Assembly (NCBI GenBank): GCA_045628045.1
Contig: JAZQOV010000003.1
Span: forward strand, 57,495-121,494
DNA: 64,000 nucleotides
Origin: Bacilli bacterium
GTDB lineage: Bacteria > Bacillota_I > Bacilli_A > RFN20 > CAG-826
Reading direction: 5' to 3'
Positions 58,425 to 64,000 of this stretch are shown here, piece after piece. The notes below the pieces were generated by a model that saw only the letters and a list, made by a program, of their open reading frames with translations, was not told where the DNA came from and ran no database searches. Each line of letters begins with the position of its first letter. Position 1 is the first letter of the stretch. Made by a program: the position numbers and the translations under genes.

Positions 58425-60220
58425 TATTTGCCCTCCTTTAATTCATCTTCAAGTTTTTGAAGGTACACCATTTTCTTATATGTTGGAGAAATTTTTAATA
58501 AATTTGCAGGTGTATCAAATGCCTCAACTTTTCCTTCATCTAATACTAGAATTTTATCCATTTTATTAACTGTAGATATTCTAGATGCAATGACGATTGT
58601 GGTTTTTCCTTTGCGTAATAACGCAATATTTTCCAAAATTTCTTCTTCTGTTTTAATATCAACAGCACTAACTGAGTCATCTAAAATCATAATTGGAGCA
58701 CGTTTAACATAGGCTCTTGCGATTGCAATTCTTTGTTTTTGACCACCAGAAAGAGAAATACCTCTTTCTCCAGTTAATGTTTGGAATTTGTTCTCAAATC
58801 CATCAATATCTTTTTTAATTTCAGAAAATTCTGCACCAGCTTCGATAAGAGGGAAAGCTGTATCTTTATTACCAAACCTAATATTGTTTTCAATCGTGTC
58901 TGAGAATAAATAGTTTTCTTGAGGAACTACTGCAATCGCCTGACGCACAGATTTTGTAGTACATTTCATAATATCTTTATCATCGATAAAGATTGTGCCT
59001 TCTGAAACGTTATATAGACGCGACAAAAGATTAAGAATTGTGGTTTTACCTGAGCCAATTCTTCCAACAATACCAACTGTTTCTCCAGCGTTTATTTTAA
59101 AAGAAATATCTGACAAATAATTTTTACTCTTACCAGGATAAGTGAAATAAAGATGCTTAAATTCAACATTCCCTTTAACATTTTCGAGTTCTTTTGCATT
59201 CTTGCAATCAGAAATTGTTTCTGGAGCAAACAAGAAATTTTCAATTCTATTTAAAGATGTTTTTGCTCTTGAATGCATTGTGATAACTTGTCCAAGTGCG
59301 ATAAGTGGCCAAACAAGATTTGCGAAATATGAAAAGAAAACAACCAAAGTTGCAGCATCTAATTTAACAACATGCCCAAATAAAGAAAATCCGCCATCTT
59401 TAACTGTTTTAAAAACAAAAAATCCACCAAAACCAAGGATCATAGAGATAACTGCGGCTATGATAATTTCAATACAAATATCAAAACCAACACCATACAT
59501 ACCCAAGGTGATATCAGCTTTTTCGTTCTTTCTTGCAATTTTGGAGAATCTAATAAGTTGATGGTTTTCCTTTAAGAAAGCTTTAATAACTCTAATTCCA
59601 GAAAATCCTTCGTCTGTAAAATCATATAGTTCATCAAGCGCTTTTTGTCTACTTAAGTACTTTTCAGACATGATTTTTTCAACATATAAACCCCAGAAAA
59701 CAATTAAAATAACTGGTATAAAAATTATGAGTGAAATAACCCAATCAAGAAGAAGCATCTTAATAATACAAAGTATTGTTAAGAAAATGCCATCAACAAG
59801 CATGACTGTGCCCCATCCAAAGTATTCTTGTATTTCTTCTGTATCTTGCGTAATCCAAGACATTAAAGTTCCGGTCTTAACGTTATGATAATATTCAACA
59901 TCTAAACGCTCAGCTTTCTCAAACATTTCTTGTCTAAGGCCAAACGCTACACCAGTGGAAACTCTAAATAAGGCTGTTCTAAATAAAATACGCCCAACAA
60001 ACATCATGGCGGAAATTACAACTATCTGAATACAAATCTTAGAAACATCGTTGAAAATCTCACTTGCAACATAGTTTTCATCAAAAAGACTAACAATGTC
60101 TCCAAGTAATTCAGGAATATATAAAGAAAGCCAATCAACGCCAATAAGGAAAAGAACACTTACTAATAATAGTAAAATATAGTGTTTATAATACTTTTTT
60201 AGTGATTTCCCTAATAACAT
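58424..60220 (-). CDS. ABC transporter ATP-binding/permease protein (exporter half)
   Basis: TMD plus NBD (GRIGSGKTT, LSGGQKQR, ILDDSVSAVD); 598 aa. Overlapping start/stop with its partner. Confidence 0.85.
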   Translation of the reverse strand: MLLGKSLKKYYKHYILLLLVSVLFLIGVDWLSLYIPELLGDIVSLFDENYVASEIFNDVSKICIQIVVISAMMFVGRILFRTALFRVSTGVAFGLRQEMFEKAERLDVEYYHNVKTGTLMSWITQDTEEIQEYFGWGTVMLVDGIFLTILCIIKMLLLDWVISLIIFIPVILIVFWGLYVEKIMSEKYLSRQKALDELYDFTDEGFSGIRVIKAFLKENHQLIRFSKIARKNEKADITLGMYGVGFDICIEIIIAAVISMILGFGGFFVFKTVKDGGFSLFGHVVKLDAATLVVFFSYFANLVWPLIALGQVITMHSRAKTSLNRIENFLFAPETISDCKNAKELENVKGNVEFKHLYFTYPGKSKNYLSDISFKINAGETVGIVGRIGSGKTTILNLLSRLYNVSEGTIFIDDKDIMKCTTKSVRQAIAVVPQENYLFSDTIENNIRFGNKDTAFPLIEAGAEFSEIKKDIDGFENKFQTLTGERGISLSGGQKQRIAIARAYVKRAPIMILDDSVSAVDIKTEEEILENIALLRKGKTTIVIASRISTVNKMDKILVLDEGKVEAFDTPANLLKISPTYKKMVYLQKLEDELKEGK

Positions 60221-60310
60221 ATATAATAAATTTTATTTCAACTTTAGATTTATCTAGCGAATAAATATACGATTATTGTGAATGTTTATTTACCAATTGT
60301 AAAGTTTTTA

Positions 60311-60337
60311 AATAAAAAAGACCAAATTGGTCTTATT
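60311..60337 (-). terminator. Terminator after the tRNA-Ala/tRNA-Met pair
   Basis: AAGACCAAATTGGTCTT hairpin with TTTTATTT on the minus strand. Confidence 0.6.
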
Positions 60338-60344
60338 ATTTCAT

Positions 60345-60421
60345 TGGTAGCTGAGGTCGGATTTGAACCAACGATCTTGGAGGTATGAGCTCCCTGCTCT
60401 AACCAGCTGAGCTACTCAGCC
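60345..60421 (-). tRNA. tRNA-Met (CAU), elongator-type
   Basis: GGCTGAGTAGCTCAGCTGGTTAGAGC...CTCATAC...GGTTCAAATCC...CTCAGCTACCA. Confidence 0.7.
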
Positions 60422-60430
60422 AAATAAAAA

Positions 60431-60506
60431 TGGTGGATCTGAAGAGGATCGAACTCTCTACCTCCTGAATGCAAATCAGGCGCTCTCCCAGATGAGCTAC
60501 AGACCC
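60431..60506 (-). tRNA. tRNA-Ala (UGC)
   Basis: GGGTCTGTAGCTCATCTGGGAGAGCGCCTGATTTGCATTCAGG...GTTCGATCC...CAGATCCACCA with a G3:U70 pair. Confidence 0.8.
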
Positions 60507-60577
60507 ACGAGTTATAAGCGATTTCCGCTTACAAGTTATGTATTATACATACAATATTTTCAATAAACAAGAAAAAT

Positions 60578-61543
60578 CTACTTTTTAACTCCTTGGTATT
60601 TTCTTATTGGTAAATATCTAAAAACTTGTTTTTGATAAGTCTCATATTCAACATACTTTTTAACAGAAATACCTTCCGCCATTCTTGAACTTCCCATAAA
60701 AATCATTAAAAGAAGCATCGAACCAACAATTGACCAGTTAAAAATTCCCCCGGTAGCTACACCGCTTCCAATTACAAATGTATATAATGAAACCCAAATT
60801 CCTTGTTCTCCTAAATAATTAGGATGTCTTGAACGACTCCAAAGTCCACTTGTATTAAATCCACGATTATAAGGTTCAGGAAGTTCATTAAGTTTTTTGC
60901 CTTTATTCAAATACTCATATTTCTTAACTTGGAACTTATTTTGCTCTTTGTCTGCAATAACTTCTAAAAGAAGGAAACCAAACATACAGATTGTTGCAAT
61001 AACATCAACAACTCCAAATTGTTTTGTGCTTTCCATAATCGCAAGTGCTGGAAGAGTTGTGCCTAAGACAACAATATTTTGAACACCGCTTATGAAAAAT
61101 AAGTCAAAAAATCCCCAAATAACTTTGTTATCTAAAGGTTTTTGTTTTCTTAAATAAATCCAGCGATAATCTTCTTCTCCGGTCCAAAATTTAATAGAAT
61201 AAGCACCTTTTTTAGCGAAGTTATAGGTTAATCTTACACCCCAAAGTGTCACAATAATTGCGATTATTACTAGTCTAATTTTCATCTCACCCATTGCTGC
61301 GATAACCCAAGTATATACGATTGGAAGAATGCTCCAAAGTTTATCCATTTGTGAGTTATTTCGACTTATTTCACCAACAATAAAACAATAAGCCATGCTT
61401 GAAACACAAATAATTAAAAGAATATTGAGTGTTTCTTTTTGAAGTTCTGTTAAATTAACTCCTTGGACAAACCCAAGAACAATGAAAGCTATTGCAAGAA
61501 ATAAACTGATAACTAATTTAATTGTTTTCATAGTGCTACCCAC
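60578..61543 (-). CDS. Membrane methyltransferase-like protein (ICMT/DUF1295 family)
   Basis: C-terminal SGLWSRSRHPNYLGE signature; 321 aa. Confidence 0.55.
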   Translation of the reverse strand: MGSTMKTIKLVISLFLAIAFIVLGFVQGVNLTELQKETLNILLIICVSSMAYCFIVGEISRNNSQMDKLWSILPIVYTWVIAAMGEMKIRLVIIAIIVTLWGVRLTYNFAKKGAYSIKFWTGEEDYRWIYLRKQKPLDNKVIWGFFDLFFISGVQNIVVLGTTLPALAIMESTKQFGVVDVIATICMFGFLLLEVIADKEQNKFQVKKYEYLNKGKKLNELPEPYNRGFNTSGLWSRSRHPNYLGEQGIWVSLYTFVIGSGVATGGIFNWSIVGSMLLLMIFMGSSRMAEGISVKKYVEYETYQKQVFRYLPIRKYQGVKK

Positions 61544-61570
61544 CTAACTAATTTAATTATATATTTTCAA

Positions 61571-61596
61571 ATAAAAAAACTCCAATAGGAGTTTAT
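61571..61596 (-). terminator. Terminator after the tRNA cluster
   Basis: AAACTCC-AATA-GGAGTTT with TTTTTTTATTT on the minus strand. Confidence 0.6.
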
Positions 61597-61604
61597 TTTC
61601 TAAA

Positions 61605-61681
61605 TGGTCGGGGCGACAGGATTTGAACCTGCGACCTTTTGTTCCCAAAACAAACGCGATACCAAGCTACGCTACGCCCCG
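61605..61681 (-). tRNA. tRNA-Pro (UGG)
   Basis: CGGGGCG...TTTGT-TTTGGGA-ACAAA...GGTTCAAATCC...CGCCCCGACCA. Confidence 0.8.
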
Positions 61682-61705
61682 ATAAATATTTCTGTTAGCT
61701 AGAAC

Positions 61706-61782
61706 TGGCGCGCCTGAGATGACTCGAACATCCAACCCTCAGATTCGTAGTCTGATACTCTATCCAGTTGAGCTACAGGCGC
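61706..61782 (-). tRNA. tRNA-Arg (ACG)
   Basis: GCGCCTGTAGCTCAACTGGATAGAGT...CTACGAA...GTTCGAGTC...CAGGCGCGCCA. Confidence 0.8.
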
Positions 61783-61851
61783 GTTTTTTAATTTAAGCGC
61801 TCAATTATCTTATCACTATTGATTTAATAATCAAGCGCTTATTAATCTAAA

Positions 61852-61925
61852 TGGAGGTTCCTGTCAGAGTTGAACCGACGCTCATTGAGTTGCAGTCAAT
61901 TGCCTTACCACTTGGCTAAGGAACC
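61852..61925 (-). tRNA. tRNA-Cys (GCA)
   Basis: GGTTCCTTAGCCAAGTGGTAAGGC...CTGCAAC...GGTTCAACTC...AGGAACCTCCA with a U73 discriminator. Confidence 0.75.
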
Positions 61926-61971
61926 AGCGCGATAAATTATATCACTCACATAAATATCTAACAAGTTAGAA

Positions 61972-63582
61972 TTATTTTCTTGCTTCTTCGAGTTTCTTTC
62001 TGATTATTTTCTTCGAAACGAAATATGCGATTAAAACAAGTAATGCAACGCCTTCTACGCAAAAGACAATAATTGCCCATGTTGGAAGTGCGTTTGTACG
62101 AACAGATTCCCACATATCAAGAAGTTTGGCAGTGTCCTCTTCTGGGAAATTGTTCATAATTGCGCATCTATCAAGAGTTTCCTCAAGAGGATATTGAGCA
62201 CTTAATTCTCTTCCAACATAATCTGGATCTGCGTATAAAACACAATCTTCTTCAGTGTATTCTTCTAAAGAATCTTTAAAGAAATACGATAAATCGTATT
62301 TAATATAATCTTCATCTTCTACAAGATCTTCCACTAATGTAATTTCACCAGTTTCTTCATCTTCAATTTCGGTTGCACCAACAACGCCACGAACATCGTA
62401 GCAATCATACATATAATCAAGCATTGCGTCGCCAGCAACTGCAGGTGTGTAACCAACACAATAACAGTTTTGTGCAGCAATTTCTGGAGTACACATGAAC
62501 TCAATAAATTCTTCTGCCAATGCATATTGTGCCTTTTCTTTATCGGTTTGATTGGCTTCATCTTTTGCATTTTTTGGCATGCAGAAGCAGTCAAACCATA
62601 GGTTAGAAGCACCTTTTCCATCTTCTCCTTGATAAGTTGTCGGAATGGAATAATAGAGTTCAAGATCATTATCTCTTGCTTCAGTAATTGCCCAAGTTGC
62701 ATCACCACTCCAGCACATATTTGCACCTATTTTTTGAGTGGTCATATCAGTTTTTCCGGAGTCTGTTTCAAAACCAAACGCATTGGCCTTAAGTTCGTTC
62801 ATGTCTTTCTTAACTTCTTCAAAAGTTTGATCGCTATGACGATTAAAAATATCGGTTAATTCTTCATAAGAAGAAACATTTGCAATTTCCTCGCCATAAG
62901 TATGAATTAATGAAACAGCAAAAGCATCACGAACCGAATCTTTAATTGAGAATGTTCCTTCAAGAACCTCGCCATAAAGCGAATCCCAGTCTTTCATTAA
63001 TTCATGAATTTCATCAACTGAAACACCACGATTTTCTTCGTAATATGCTGGGTTATACATAATGCCCATTGTTCCCCACATGTATGGAACAGAATAATCA
63101 GCAATTTTTGCGGTTACATTATCAACTAAATTTGTTGATTCGATCTTTCCATAAACATCATCGATAAATGGAGAAATGTTTACCCAAATGTCATCTTTCT
63201 TCACAAATTTGTGAAGCATATCATTTGCATAAAGCTTTTGAACCATGTAGTCAGAAGGAATGCAAATGTCGTAAGTTGTTTTACCAGTTTTGAGTTCATT
63301 AAACATGGTTTCGTTTGTATCGAAAGTATCATAAATTACTTCGATTTTTTCACCATATTTTTCGAAATAGTAATCAGCAAATTGGTCAATCATATCTTCT
63401 TGATAATCATGTTCACCAACAGCGTATTCCTCATCGCCTTCTTCATATTCATAAATATAGTCTTCAGAATTTAAAATTCTGAGGACTCTAGTTTCATTTT
63501 TATCATTTGAACAACCTGCTAAAAGAGTTGATGTAAGTAAAGCAAGAGGACAAAGCGAAATTAATTTTTTAAATTTAAACAT
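61972..63582 (-). CDS. Lipoprotein, PotD-like ABC substrate-binding protein with an unusual C-terminal TM anchor
   Basis: Lipobox LLAGCS, a periplasmic-binding-protein-like body, and a C-terminal WAIIVFCVEGVALLVLIAYFV + KKIIRKK. Confidence 0.5.
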   Translation of the reverse strand: MFKFKKLISLCPLALLTSTLLAGCSNDKNETRVLRILNSEDYIYEYEEGDEEYAVGEHDYQEDMIDQFADYYFEKYGEKIEVIYDTFDTNETMFNELKTGKTTYDICIPSDYMVQKLYANDMLHKFVKKDDIWVNISPFIDDVYGKIESTNLVDNVTAKIADYSVPYMWGTMGIMYNPAYYEENRGVSVDEIHELMKDWDSLYGEVLEGTFSIKDSVRDAFAVSLIHTYGEEIANVSSYEELTDIFNRHSDQTFEEVKKDMNELKANAFGFETDSGKTDMTTQKIGANMCWSGDATWAITEARDNDLELYYSIPTTYQGEDGKGASNLWFDCFCMPKNAKDEANQTDKEKAQYALAEEFIEFMCTPEIAAQNCYCVGYTPAVAGDAMLDYMYDCYDVRGVVGATEIEDEETGEITLVEDLVEDEDYIKYDLSYFFKDSLEEYTEEDCVLYADPDYVGRELSAQYPLEETLDRCAIMNNFPEEDTAKLLDMWESVRTNALPTWAIIVFCVEGVALLVLIAYFVSKKIIRKKLEEARK

Positions 63583-64000
63583 TTTCTCTCCCCTTTCTTA
63601 CCTTGGCTTTTTTATCTTGTTTGTTCTTATAGAACATAACTCCAATGGCAACAAGTAAAACGACAACAAAAATGATTAATGTTAATGGACGCATTTCTGG
63701 AGGAATTGGTCCTTTCTTTAATTTTGACTGAATTAAAGTTGATAAAGTTTCAATTGTTTTTTCTCCAGAAAGAAGTCCTGCACCACGAGTAAATGCAGTG
63801 ACAATAAAGTCATCAAGTGACAAAGTCACTGATAAAAGGAATCCAGATAAAATTCCTGGCATAATTTCAGGAATTATAACCTTATATAAACCTTGTCTTG
63901 GAGTTGCACCTAAGTCTAAAGCAGCCTCGTAAAGGAATGGATCCATTTGTTGAAGTTTTGGTTTAACTGAAAGATAAACAAATGGAAGACCTAAAATTAC
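63575..64000 (-). CDS. ABC transporter permease, PotC-like (partial; N-terminus beyond window)
   Basis: EAA-loop region (YEAALDLGATPRQ) and C-terminal TM helices. The ORF is open to the window edge. Confidence 0.65.
   Translation of the reverse strand, partial: VILGLPFVYLSVKPKLQQMDPFLYEAALDLGATPRQGLYKVIIPEIMPGILSGFLLSVTLSLDDFIVTAFTRGAGLLSGEKTIETLSTLIQSKLKKGPIPPEMRPLTLIIFVVVLLVAIGVMFYKNKQDKKAKVRKGRENV

Noticed and set aside
62334-62859. 130-aa and 76-aa ORFs inside the PotD-like gene
   Set aside because: They are out-of-frame overlaps within a well-supported lipoprotein gene.
1-64000. Mollicute genetic code (TGA=Trp)
   Set aside because: Long conserved genes (infB, pnp, nusA, ABC transporters) are intact under the standard code with no in-frame TGA, and several genes end in TGA. 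Code 11 is appropriate.

Overview
This is a low-GC (~30%) bacterial window. Long ORFs stay intact under the standard code (no in-frame TGA problem), and many surface proteins carry a C-terminal TM anchor, which suggests a Firmicutes/Tenericutes-like organism (Acholeplasma- or Erysipelotrichia-like). The 5' third is a conserved minus-strand housekeeping block. It contains FtsK, an RNase J paralog with a degenerate active site, a GlpA-like oxidoreductase trio, pnp, rpsO, ribF, truB, rbfA, infB, nusA and rimP, with a TtcA-like and a GalK-like gene inserted between rbfA and truB. A metabolic cluster follows: an OYE-type enoate reductase, a split AcnX pair and an ABC-F protein. The rest of the window is accessory. 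It holds three Fic/Doc-family genes, several surface proteins (one with Pmp-like repeats, one large Big_2 protein) and an RM-type islet. The islet carries a REase, a beta-class amino-MTase, an HhH-GPD glycosylase and an AbiEi-like/XRE pair, and is bounded by direct repeats of the 3' end of an adjacent initiator-like tRNA(CAU). A conserved intergenic module (degenerate tRNA-3'-half-like segment, terminator hairpin, triple direct repeat) recurs two to three times. A Fic gene and a GC-rich (~50%) cysteine-rich ORF sit in a cassette bounded by 25-bp direct repeats. Two tRNA clusters are present (Ser + CAU; Met, Ala and Pro, Arg, Cys), along with an ABC exporter pair and a Pot-like transporter. No integrase, transposase or CRISPR array was seen. 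The mobile-looking regions appear to be integrase-less remnants or cassettes.
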